This document shows, piece after piece, positions 27,354-40,335 of a stretch of DNA of 64,000 nt. The notes under the pieces were generated by a model. That model was not told where the DNA came from. It searched no databases and was given only the letters and a program-made list of their open reading frames with translations. This DNA is from Octopus vulgaris. Taxonomy: Eukaryota. The stretch covers positions 65,410,001 through 65,474,000 of the forward strand of contig OX597818.1 of assembly GCA_951406725.2 (NCBI GenBank), given 5' to 3'. Position numbers and translations under genes: made by a program. Numbering within the stretch: the stretch's first letter is position 1; each line of letters opens with the position of its first letter.

Positions 27354-27581
27354 TACACACACACACACATATATATATATGTGTGTGGGTGTGTGTGTAA
27401 ATGTATGTATGTATGTATTCAAATATGAATTAGAAGCAGCTGGATGTATATGACAATAATCGATCACAGTACACACGAGAGGTATGTATGTGTGTGTGTG
27501 TGTGTGTTTGTGTGTGTGTGAGAGAGAGAGAGAGAGCTATTTGTTTGTGGGCCAAATGCGTTTTTGTGCGTCAGAGAATAT
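27277..27581. repeat. Inverted repeat (~45 bp exact unique arm plus microsatellite extension)
   Basis: atattctctgacgcacaaaaacgcatttggcccacaaacaaatagctctc... and its exact reverse complement ending at 27581. Confidence 0.9.
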
Positions 27582-29316
27582 AATCTCAGTGAGCCTGGTA
27601 TTAAAAACCAGAAAGGAAGTCATAGGCTAGCCAAACAACTCACAACGTGTTCCTTCTCAGAACGACAGACATCGATGTTTCATCATTGGTTGTGAATTTT
27701 CAATGCTGCATGCAGAACAAGGCCTGCTGTAACCTATATCGCCGAATATAGCTATATACTACATTGCTTGAAACTCTTCGAGCCGTCGGTAGTATAAAAA
27801 CTAACTTTCAAGAACAATAATAGATTATTGGTGTAGAATGTTGGTTGTAGGTTTTTCCCATATCGAAGTTCAATAAGCCAAAAACAATTGATTTATAACT
27901 TGTTTAGCATCTAGGTTTGCTACGAATGCGAATAAAAATCTTGATTGAGGAAATGGTGCATGAGAATCCAGGCTAGATATGTTTCATATATATGTGTGTG
28001 TGTGTATAGCGAGAGAGAGGGAGAGAGAAATAGATAGATAGATAGATATATTGAAAGAGAGAGATGGATAAAGGGGTGCATACATCGATAGATGGATGTA
28101 GAAACCTAGATACACACCCAGGCATTCACGAATGAAAACACACAAATACACACACTCACAGACAGAAGATGCTGACAAAAATTAATACTAGACTCGACAA
28201 AGATGGGGGACCCCTCTTATCCACTGTAGTTTCGGCTCACTACGTCTCAAATTGTTTATTACCAGTTTACGATTTCAGATTTTCTTATCGAAACCAATTA
28301 TGTCATGATGGGAGAAAATATTCATACACTGGTAAAAGGTTTTTCAGATTATTCCATTTCATTCTGTTCTTTTCAACCTAAACTTCAACCTGTCTTTGAT
28401 GCCTCAGAGTAAAATCTTATATTTCTTAATGAATAAATTATTATTGAGACTACGAAACCGATTCAATTATTACAATCTCACAATTAGCCGCACTCACAAA
28501 CATACACATTTTTCCTCTCTGTCTGTCAGACTGTCTTTCTGTCTATCTGTCTATCTGTCTCTGTCTCTTATTTTCTCTCTCATTCTTTTACACTCTTTCA
28601 TACACACTCATACAAATACGCAGCTTCACGCTTATACAGAAACAAAAACTCACACGTATCCTAAACCGCCATCTTTAAATAGTTATTAAACTTTGAGATG
28701 TTGCTTATGAAAATTGCGTCACTTTACAACTAATTTATCTAACGGGGATATGATGCGTCAATTCGCTTCACTTCGAGGTGTTCTGCACATTGATCTTAAT
28801 ATTCTTATTATATTAGAGTAAATCGTGGATATGAAACATTTATTGGTGATGATAATTTATTTATGTTCAGCAACGAATGAAACTGCCGCCATGAATATAC
28901 GGAGACACGTTTTCACACATCTTCCATAAGCGTCAGGTGAATCGCATTGGTAGCTTGCTCGCTTCGAAATGAAACATCATTTTTCTAATTTTGAAGCCAC
29001 CATACCTAAACGAATATTCCGGTTGTAATGTGGTTACACTAGTTAAACTAATGTCATCTTCACGATTCCTTTGGACATAGCAATGAATTATAACCGTAAG
29101 TACATATTTAAAACATGTAGTTATGTAGGAACCACTGATTTGAAACTGACATTTATATTCCTGCGTTCTACGTATATAAATAAGAAAAGCTTAATTTTGA
29201 TTCTGTTGTGTTTTTCGTTTCGTTTAGAAGATTTCAGCGCTTGAGGGATGGTTTCATAGATATGTGTGTGTGTATGTGTGTTGTATGAATGCACACACAA
29301 CATACATATACATGTA

Positions 29317-29364
<48 letters not shown>

Positions 29365-29368
<4 letters not shown>

Positions 29369-29660
29369 AGTAGTTGAATGAATTATCTTAGTATGGATAA
29401 TTCGGTTAACCGATACATGGGTAGCAAATTCACGTCAGAAAAATACGGTTGAAGCTACATGCCAAGGGCAGAGATCACGTGCTTTCGTGTGGGAAATTTA
29501 TGTGTTTTTTTTAATACAAATAAATGAAAGAATGGAGTTGAACGACGATTTAACAAAATTCCTTTATTCTCGACATATGTTTCGAAGGCTGCATATTCCT
29601 AATTTCGAAGGAATAAGGGGTGCATTATACCGCCTTCTCATCAGGAAAAACATCATTTAT
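29365..29660 (-). mobile_element. Penelope-like terminus with hammerhead, flanked by (TA)n
   Basis: ~300-bp unique sequence between TA-rich microsatellites; hammerhead 29567-29649. Confidence 0.65.
29567..29649 (-). ncRNA. Type-I hammerhead ribozyme, fully canonical
   Basis: ttttc-CTGATGA-gaaggc...gccttc-GAAAC atat GT C-gagaa; palindromic stem III ACATATGT; GUC cleavage triplet. Confidence 0.85.
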
Positions 29661-30074
29661 TTGTATATATATGTATGTATATATATATGTGTTTGTGTGT
29701 GTATGTATATAATATATATATATATATCTAGGGATAGATAGATAAATAGAGAGAGAGAATGAGAGATAGACAGATAAATGCATTCATAGTCAAATACTTG
29801 CTCCCATGCATGCACACACACTCGCAAACAAATGAGTAGAGTTAAACAGAATTGAGTTAAAATCCTTGAAGAATGCTATGCGAAGCTCGTCCACAGTTGG
29901 TTACCCGATGCAATCATACAGTGCAAATGCTCCTGCTATGGGATAGACATCAGGAGTTGCGCAATATCCGTACAATTTATATAAATGATAGAAAATAGCA
30001 TGATTGGCATTCTTTATCGGAAACCACTACAATTGTTTCGACTGATTTTGCATCTGTACTACTTTGGTGAGTTG

Positions 30075-30600
30075 ATGCGTAATAATTACTAAAACGTCGA
30101 AGGTGTAAAATACGCCTCCTCAGGTCTTGCTTAAATACATCTTCATCGCATCCTCTCATCATTTTATTTGGTGCGATAATGCACACACATCACTTTAATC
30201 CCAATTCTTGGGATCTCTATCATGCTTGATCCAACTGCGTGGTCACTTTATTGGCAATCACTTCCTACAGCCATCTTGTCAATAATTTGTAACTTTTATC
30301 GGGCAGTAAGAAATTGTAGAGAAGAAATTCTGATGCATTATAACAGGAGTTCATATTTTCAGCGTTAAGACTTATTCTTTCACGTGCGACTCTGCCTTAG
30401 ACAATAATTGATATGAATCCTATTATATAAGGAGTACGGTCTCATCACAAAAGACGTTGGCTGCCTTATGAGGAATCCCGGTGGAATGAAAATTGCTAGG
30501 ACGATCAGAGAATATTTACTGTCTTATAGTTCATTATTATGAAGACCTGCTAGAGGTGGGAAGAACCTATCCAATGGTCTTTATTTTTGATGCTGCATCA
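30075..30600 (-). mobile_element. Possible piggyBac-like transposase C-terminal remnant
   Basis: Very degenerate; ILHLRRFSNYYA resembles the PGBD Cys-rich ending LH..CF..YH. Confidence 0.25.
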
Positions 30601-30759
30601 TATCTGTGTATGGTTCAGTACAGGATGTGAATTCACTGTACACTATTCTCGTAATTTTTAAGTTACGTTTATGATTAGGATCATTATTAGTAAAAATCTG
30701 GTGTCCTTCCTCTGTAAATGCCAACCGATTTTGCAATAATATCTTGTAGAGAATTTAAG

Positions 30760-31700
30760 TTGTGTTAGTAGAACATCTGCTAATCTCATATACAATTTTG
30801 GTTTGTTCTTTTTCTGAGATCCAAGCTCCTCAGTAACACGATCTCCTATGACTTCTACATATACTACGTCGTTTGCAAGTCGCAATATTTTGCCGAACCT
30901 TATATAGACTATCTGCTTGATGAGAATACGTAGTGTCACAGGGTTTGGCCATTTATTTTCCCCAGCGCTATTCGAACTCAACATTTTCAATTCACTCAGT
31001 GACACCGCTTCGATATTCACAGCACTCGTGTTGAATTTTTTCCAGTAATCTTCAGAAGTTGGTTCGACCTCCTTGTCGCTTGATTTCAGAGGGGGCTTAA
31101 ACTATTTTCTCATATACTATGCTTTGTAGTTTGCTATCAAACTCTGAACAACTGGTTGTAGGCAAGAATTTGTATACTGAACGATATATTCTACTCTCGC
31201 ATTATTAGAAAAGCCATCTAATTTCGCAGGGTGACTCGGTGCTTCTTGTACTAAAAAAGGGAGTTCTTTGTTGGAAATATTACGTGTGGAACTATGTCTT
31301 TGTGGGGCAGGACCCCTCCCCCACAACAAAATGTTTATAAACCACTCTTTGAAAGGGCTTTTAGTAATCCATGCTCCCTTTTTCAAATCCAAATCAAAGT
31401 TAGATTAAAATGTGTGTAAGAGTTGAAAGCCATTCGCTTCTTATATTGATACATAATTTCATATCACCAGTTTCGCCCTCAAAGATAATATTTGGAAGTT
31501 TTAAATCCTGGCATTGATTTTTCTTCTCGAGATATATTTATTCTAGGAGGTAAGCAGTTCCAGAAAAGTCCAGCTTGATCAATCATTATATACTTGGTCT
31601 TGTGAGTTTCATATTTAAGCAAAAGTTTCAGGATAATAAATATTAGCATTTTTACTTTTACTTTTAACACTCATCTTCGTTTTGTGCCTATTTGTGTGCC
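30760..31700 (-). mobile_element. Tigger/pogo transposase remnant
   Basis: IDQAGLFWNCLPPRINISREEKSMPGFKTSK, KKGAWITKSPFKEWF, APSHP, TNSCLQPVVQSLIANYKA match the Tigger1-type DDE domain. Confidence 0.85.
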
Positions 31701-32002
31701 TCTTTACATTTTGTACCAGCCTTTGCTAACTGGAACCAGGATCTCCCCTTTCATTTTTTGCAATTCATCTTGTGAAGTTTTGTCTTAATTTCCAATTGAC
31801 ATCGTAATTATCGGCACATTACACCGATTCTAATTGTTGATCCATAAATACAAGGTTCATTACATTACATGAAGTCTATATATATGTATATATGTGTAGA
31901 TGTAAGCATGTAAAATATACCTGTGTATATAAGCATATATACATATATTATTGATATTATTATATGACTGAACGCCATGCATCTACTTCGAAGTAAGTTT
32001 TA

Positions 32003-32057
<55 letters not shown>

Positions 32058-32094
32058 TGAGAAAGATGGTGTGTGAAAGCACGTGGTTGAATAA

Positions 32095-32585
<491 letters not shown>

Positions 32586-33170
32586 GCATGTATGTAAGTA
32601 TACAAAATCAATTGTTTCTTATGTTTTCTGTATAGTTTATAGTTTATTATGTTTCAATTTTATATATTGCAAAATTTCTTAAATAATCCATTTTAAATCT
32701 TTTAATCATTTTTTTTAGTATGCACGCGTCTGCTTTTATCATGAGATTAGGATGGAAATATTAGAAGTATTTGGATTTCAATCTCATTCAAAGTGGTAAC
32801 GTTGCCAGAAAAGTGACATTGATGAATTGAGGAAGATGCAATTGGCATCGAATCTTTAATCAAATATTTGGCCAACAATCTCTGTACTTTCTCTTTGCGC
32901 TTCGGGCGTGCAAACATTTAAAATTGTTTGCGACTGTCGAATAAGGAAATATATAAATGACATCGGAGTGTTTCTATGGTGATAGTCACAAATGCATTCT
33001 CACATACAGTTACTCCATTTCATGTACAGATACATTGTAAGACATGAAAAGATAAACTGACGGCAGCATGCTCATGCACGAGGACGCTCTCACGGGCGAA
33101 TACACAATACACACACAAACACGCATATATTCGCGCAAACACACACACACACTCGCATATATTCGCGCAA

Positions 33171-33214
<44 letters not shown>

Positions 33215-33346
33215 GTCCATGTCTGTAAATATGTTTCTAACAAAGAAGGAACACTCCTTACTCTAATGGAGGAAGCATAAAATTTCACATTTTGAATTTC
33301 AGAAAAGCCTTCCATAATTTTTGCTCTTCCAACTACACTGCGTGCA

Positions 33347-33412
<66 letters not shown>

Positions 33413-34299
33413 GGTGCAGAATGTTTACAAATTTCATCCCTATCGACAAGATACACAATCTGAATTAATTTCAGGATACAGTCTGCGAATTATTCCCCCA
33501 ATGAAATGTGTCTAGTACTTGTGTCAGGCAAATTTTATTTATTTTTGAAAGCTATAATTGCGAAGCTTAATTTCCAAAACATATTAATGCAACGCAAAAC
33601 TTCGAATTTCACTCAACCAATCGTATATGTTGCTCTAGATGTATATTGGAAGGTTCGCTCACTCTAGTTTTTAGCAAACACTCACCTTGTTTGTTCCATG
33701 CGCCGTTTCTTGCTAGTAGGTTTTAGCAAAGACGACATGCTTCTATCCCAATCCTGCTTTCTCTTCGGTTTATCATTTTAAATTTCACACATGATTTTAC
33801 CCATTTGTTTTGTTCAAGCAGAACAATCACTATTTCTTGGTTTACTGTTATCATTTTATTGTTACTAATTTTGCGATTAGATTTCCTTCGTAACTATTCA
33901 ATGTGTGTGATAGGAAATCGTTAACTGGGAGTGCAGGCAATATCGCAATACATTTTCCGACGGGTATTACGTTGGACGTTAAGATTTATGCGTGTGCAAA
34001 AACATGTACTTTTGCCAAAATAGCTAAACTTTCAACCTCCACATTGGGAAATATATGTAAAAATATACGTTTATCAATGTGTTGCAAGATTCCTGATGTG
34101 AAATTGTGTGTTAAAACAGATATTGGTGTATTTCGGGATAGTCATATTTTTTCCTTTGCTAAATATACACACGCACCAAATATTTGATGTTTTCTCGTTT
34201 ATGAGTGTTCTTATTCTAAGTCATGTCCGTTGTCCGGAAGAAAAAGAGAATGGTGTAAGTGGAGCAAGAGCACATACGAAAATGAAAAGTGTCGCTGAA

Positions 34300-34750
34300 G
34301 AGATCACAGACTTTTGACGAAATATTTCCGTACAACGGACATGAGGTAAACTATGAAAAGTAATATACGAGTGGAAAACGAATATATAATACCTGTGATA
34401 ATTTGGCCAAAAACAAAACAAAACAAAACAAATGAACGTCCCGAAATACAACAATATGTGAAATATATATTGGTCTATAAAATTTTCCTGAAACAACACA
34501 ACACCATTGAATTCCATGATATTGCTTTTAGGTAGACTTCAGTTTAAACGTTCCCGAGAGTTTCGTTCGAGAGACGGAATATAATGATGGTTATTCAAGT
34601 CAACACTGAAATATGTATGGAAAGGAAAATTTACAATATTTGATTGAAAACTCATGAAGTCTCCACTAGTTTACATCGCATGTCACTGTCTCTTAGACTT
34701 AATGATTGTGGATACATTGAATGCATTTGTGAATTCCGGAACAGATGATG
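34300..34750 (+). mobile_element. Possible hAT transposase remnant
   Basis: ICEIYIGL..ETT and LVYIACHCLLDLMIVD resemble hAT E.FIG / C..H.LNL motifs. Confidence 0.3.
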
Positions 34751-35088
34751 CACCAATTAAGTTATTGAATTTCATCCATTTTCAGACACTAATACGTTAA
34801 TTAGTGCTCATTTTTCAGTGCTCCATCTGTGCCTCAAATTTTACTCTGGAAGATTTTACTAGATATTGAGTATATTGGTTAATGTTTGAATCTTAATATA
34901 TGAGACCTAATTTATTTTATATAAGTTCCGTGTAGATTAACTCCATTTTGAATAAAAACAGGGTTATGAAATAATAGGTTTACTCTTGAATTTATCTCGT
35001 CCATGATTACACGTTGTTGTAGTGAAGATCAAAATGCGCAAGCATTAAGAGTAAATGGTGAGTTTGACCTCAGGTCTATATCGTGAGT

Positions 35089-35144
35089 AAAGTCTCTTCG
35101 AAAAAACAAGTCTCTTCGAAAAAACAAGTCTCTTCGAAAAAAAC
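35089..35144. repeat. Three tandem copies of ~18-bp aagtctcttcgaaaaaac
   Basis: Directly visible. Confidence 0.9.
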
Positions 35145-37177
35145 AAAATAATAATTGCAAAATTTTAATAACCAGGAATCATACTGGGAGTGCTTTTTAT
35201 GATTGTTTTCGTTAGTTTTATATAGAAACGCGTGTAATTTATTTATTTGAAAACTTTGTGTATTATCGATGATAAAATGCAATAAATTACAAAAGAAAAC
35301 TATAGAACATAAATATTTTATACTTTCAATGTAAATTTTAATTTTAAATTGAATTACATTGTGCATGAACGACTGAAGCACCACAAGAGACATTTTCTGT
35401 CAAACTACTTATATGTTTAGTTCATTTCCAATGCATATAATCTCAGAATATTAAATAACCTGGATGAGCAAAAGTACATATTATGGTCGTATTTGGCTTG
35501 AAACGAATAAAAATATGAGTACTGGAAATATTTTCCATTTTAATACGTTTGGGATTAAATGTAAAATAGATTCCTGCATTCATGCTATTTGGCAATCACC
35601 GACTAGAATTGTTATGAAACGAACAAAAAAAAATATTGTGATGGTGTTTCGAGTTCCAAAGCAATGAAATGTTTAAATTTTAGGCATTAGTATCAAATGT
35701 TTTCAAGTATTTACTGCTACTTGAAATGTTATAGTGATCTGCTTTATGTAGCAGAACAATGAATACGACCTTGGGGTGTGATTCGCTTTAATATGTTTTC
35801 AATAATCAAATGCAATAAAAATATTTCGCCAGCTGCCTGGCGACTTCAATCAACGAGATTTGTTTAAAATATATTAAAAGAAAATAGGTTCCTCTTATTT
35901 GCACAATCACGTTTCTATAGTATATTGTAAAAATTATTTTTTGCTTATTTCAATGGAAGCCTTAGTTTCATGTAAAGGAAGAGAAAACTGACTAGGCATT
36001 AAAATATGGCTGGGGTAGCCTATGGATGATGCTTTAAGCTTGGAAAGCTACAGCAAGAAGAAGGATAGGTTAGGGGCATTCTAATATGATCAGCAAAATA
36101 AAACTCAACGTGCAGAAGAATAGGAATTGGAAATAGGAAAATCAGGATACATATTCGATAGGATTTGCATGACACGGTGAAAGGATACAGCAGGATCAGA
36201 CACTTGAACTGCTAGAGTTCAGAAAAGAAATCTTGATAGTGACCAGATTAAGCGGTTCTTACTCTTATAATCTATCGCTGACCCCTTGTCATACGTAATA
36301 AGCTTAAAACCAGGTGTAAAAGTAACATCTACCTAAGGGACATCACTTTGCACCCAGAGTCACATCAAGTGTGGATGCACTGAGAAACTGATTGTTAACC
36401 AGTATAGTGGAACCATGACAAGGTTCTCACTAAAAACGGGACGATAGATGGATGGACAAGAAAAGGATTAAGGCAAACAAGCAGCAAGTATCTCCAACCA
36501 AGAGTTTTGTTCTGATAGAAAATGATAATTTTGAAAGCAAAAAAAAAAAGGTTGAAGAAGACCCATTTTTTATTTCGGATCAAACATCAAACTGGAAATA
36601 TTTATCTGTAGAGTAGACTCCTTATTCTCGAAGAGATGGCTGTAACATGTCTCTGACGGGATATAGTCTAAACGATTATCAGTGAAATTGAACTCATGTG
36701 CGCTGGGTGGAGGACACATACTATTTTCCACCGCTTTCAAGAAGTGAAACATCAGGACTTGGCGGACGATTTTCTTTTAAAATGACGATACACAACCTTG
36801 TTTCTATCGAAGTGCCCGGTCTCCAAACAGAAAGCGCGTAATATTTCCAGGAATAGATAATTTCTTATACAAAGTGGTTGACCATACTCTGTGAGAGCAA
36901 TTCGAATTGAGTAAGTTTGAGAAAATATTACACATTGCAAAACTCTGTTTGTGATGATTAATCCATTTCTCGTTGACTTATTCAGGTGAAGATGAAAGTG
37001 AAAAGAGTGACGATCTTGTGACACTCAGATACTTTCTGAAAGTACAGAAGGGTTTCCAGTATTGAAATATTAGTAACAACATGCTGCATCGTTTTACAAA
37101 GAAAGAATCTTAATTGTCTATTTTGTCAGAGAAAAAGATAGACGTAGAGGACTCTTTTGAATACTTGTTGAAGTTAA

Positions 37178-37350
37178 GATGGCGAACTGGTAAAGTAGCA
37201 CCACTAAGATTTGAGTTCAAACTAACATGAGGTCGACTTTACCTTTCGTAATTTCGGAGTCGATAAAATAAGTACCAGCTGAGCAATGGGGTCGATGTAG
37301 TCAACTTACGCGCTTCCCTTTTAGTTGCTGGCCTTGTGCCAACATTTAAA
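37178..37350 (+). mobile_element. SINE family B, diverged
   Basis: ggcgaactgg..gagttcaaa..gaggtcgactttacctttc..gtcgataaaataagtaccag..ggggtcgatg..ggccttgtgcc. Confidence 0.8.
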
Positions 37351-38860
37351 ACTAATGTCTGATAAAGTTTTATTCTTTTTCCTAGAAGAATACACTTTTC
37401 TAAATATTTCTCTATTTAAACCTTATGTTTTAAAATACACATTACGTGTTAGTCTCCCCTCATTCATATATATGAGTTCTTTCAATGACATCCCTGCAGG
37501 AAAAGAAATACAGTTATGCGCTACAATACAATGCGCACAATCATTTCATTGAATACATTTTGCGGGGCCCTTAGAAACGCCATATTGTATTCTACTGACA
37601 TATAAGAGCGATTAAAAATGAATCTTTTTAAATAAGAGAATTATCTTTTCTCGTATCATAAAACTATGATTTATTTTCATCGGTTTCATTCGCATGAATA
37701 TGATTATTTTAGCGATTGATCACAATACAAGCATTTAAATGCACAATTTTGCCCGTAGTGTGATTTCTCCCTTTCAGATCCAGCAATGCCTCTAAAGAAT
37801 AACGAAATAAATATGATGATCAATGGAAGCTTCGCTATTCATTTGAAATTGATAAGATCTAAGCTCAAAAGCCTAATTGAAATAACGAGTGTTTTTGCTT
37901 GAACAATATTCAACGAAAGAACTCGATGTTATCTCTTCTTAAAACTGTGATGTTAGTGATTGCTCAGATCCTGATGACATGAATATCGTTTAAAAATCTC
38001 CTCTAAAGCAATATTTATTACATGATGGAAAGAGTACTACTTCAATTTCAGAGATTGATGTAGGTCGTGCAATATCGAACATTAATCTATAACTACAAAA
38101 TAAGAACGCTAATCTATGAGATCTTTTTATGCACGTTGTCTAACTGCACATTTTATTGAAGTGATATTCAAAACCTTTCGTTTTATGTTATTTTAGTTTC
38201 ACTTACGGAAGCTCTCCTACTTTTTATTACGAATATTATTATTATATTGTCCAGGCACAATGCTTTAAGTTAAAAAAAAAAGAATTGTACGCTTTAATTA
38301 AGTCAATTTTCAAATCCTACTTCAATAATTCCGAAATAACAAAAACAATTAATACTTGCCATCAAATTCATTTTAAATACCTGTTGAAATGTATAAATCA
38401 TGTTCATACTTGCAATTATAATTATATTCAAATGATAATGAATACTGCATCAGAGATAGAGTGAAGAATCCTAGATAGATAGAGTGAGTCTACTTGATTA
38501 TATAATGGATAATTTATAATGCGGAGGTTAAAATCCATATACATCAAGTAACAATCGCGAAAAAAGTGATTTCTTTTACTGTTTAACGTCAATTTTTCAA
38601 CGCTTCCACCTATTTATACAAGAATTTTACATAGACACATAAAGCAAATATTAATCTTGGACATAGCGTGAAATTTCACCGATGTGTCACACAAATGTCA
38701 TTAAATTCTCAGCTGTTCTTTAACGAATTTCCTTTTTTTTTTTTTCAAACATATGAAAGTCTAGACAATTGTATTCTTCAAAACCGAGGCTACATATTGA
38801 ATAATACGAAGTGCTATTGATCACCTTACAACAGAAAATATCAAGCAGTATATCTGATGT

Positions 38861-38896
<36 letters not shown>

Positions 38897-39599
38897 CGTG
38901 TGCGTGTATGTCTGTGTAGGAAAATATTCAGATGATGACAGTTAAAATATTAGATTCAATTCGTCGCACATCTGTGATAATTATTCCTTTAAATCAAATT
39001 TAAATATTTTTACATTTAGGAGAGATATTATGTCAATAATTAACACACACACTGTTTCTATTTCCCGTCTTTTATAATTAATATTTGTAGAGTTAACCTA
39101 TCAAACAGTTAACAAATTAATTGTTTGATTTTCCATTTGACCAAAGATTCAGCCATATTCGGCAAGTTCTTTTCATCACATTTTGCGAGTGTATCCATGA
39201 CACCCTGTCAAATAAAGGCCCGATTCTTGTGTGCCTGTCTCCTTTACAAATTATATATCTGTATTAATAAGGATGTAAATGGAAAGCTCTGAGAGAGAGA
39301 GTGTGCGCGTGTGTGTGTATATGTGTATGTGTGTGTGTGTGTGTGTGTGTGTATCATGGAGACCATTGTCTTTCAGACTCGCTACCAATGACTGTATTTT
39401 CTTCCTATATAACTATAGCAATTCACCTGACCAAGAGAGTGTTGGTTTGATAGTTTAGAAAATGATGCCTTTTCTTTATTTATCAATTACTGCCCAGCAG
39501 TAATAAATGCAAAAACCTGATGTAATCTGCTCGAGTCCAAAATAGTGAGTTACTTTTAAAAATACTTGAAGTTGTCCAATTTGGATAAATCTACAACCT

Positions 39600-40335
39600 T
39601 TCACTGAATTCAGAAGGATGCCGCAGGAGCTATGCATCATGTAAGTCACACTCAAATGACAGAAAGATAATCCCCTACATTACACTGCATGTTATCTGAA
39701 CAGGATATAACGGCTTTGCTTTTCACTTCTGGAAAAAATACATTATGTGTGGTTACAGTTGTGTGACTAATAATTGCATACGACAATATATTTATCACGT
39801 TAAATACTTCAGTAAACCCGTTTATTACCAGACTTGGGAAACCAACGTTTGGCATTGTTACTTACACAAACGGGACGCCACTGCTTATTACCAGAACTTT
39901 CAACGATGCCATCAGAATACAGGACCAAATACTGCAACAGTTTTGCTTCAAGGGGCTGTTATATCGCTCGTTCCGATAACCTCTACTCAACTGCCGACGT
40001 CTAGACTTCTCCCTCTATATCTACGTATTGGTCTAGCCTACTTCATCGTCTGGCGGTGTCCACACAACAGGGGCCCGCAATTCTTCAATATCCGCTCAAA
40101 AAGCCTGAATGACCTGCATGGCGTGGATGTAGGCATTTTAAAAACAAAATGGGCTCTGCTTCTGTGAAAATTTCCCGAAGAACCTACTTCAAGGAAGGAA
40201 ACACAGATGAGGGCAGCAAAGTCAAACTCCCTCACCCAACAAACCTCACATTCTAGAGGAACTCTAATGTAAGTGTAGCAAAGGAAACCGCGGCGTCCCA
40301 GCATAGCCGCAGTCCTCTGACTAAAACTAATAACA
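39600..40335 (+). mobile_element. CR1-group LINE 3' remnant interrupted by a solo LTR
   Basis: YCNSF..RG|insertion|GPQFFNIRSKSLNDLHGVDVGILKTK..PEEPT..ETQMRAAKSNSL; homologous to 50850-51150. Confidence 0.8.
39957..40069. mobile_element. 113-bp solo LTR-like insertion (TG...CA) with 5-bp TSD GGGGC
   Basis: ggggc|TGTTat...acAACA|ggggc; removing it restores collinearity with the LINE at ~50870-50900. Confidence 0.75.

Noticed and set aside
27662-27790. GAAAC atcgat GTC on minus with a distant ctcgaaga
   Set aside because: The 5' core is non-canonical and stem II is unconvincing.
35089-35144. CRISPR-like repeats (also 44641-45005)
   Set aside because: Tandem repeats without unique spacers, no cas genes, eukaryotic context.
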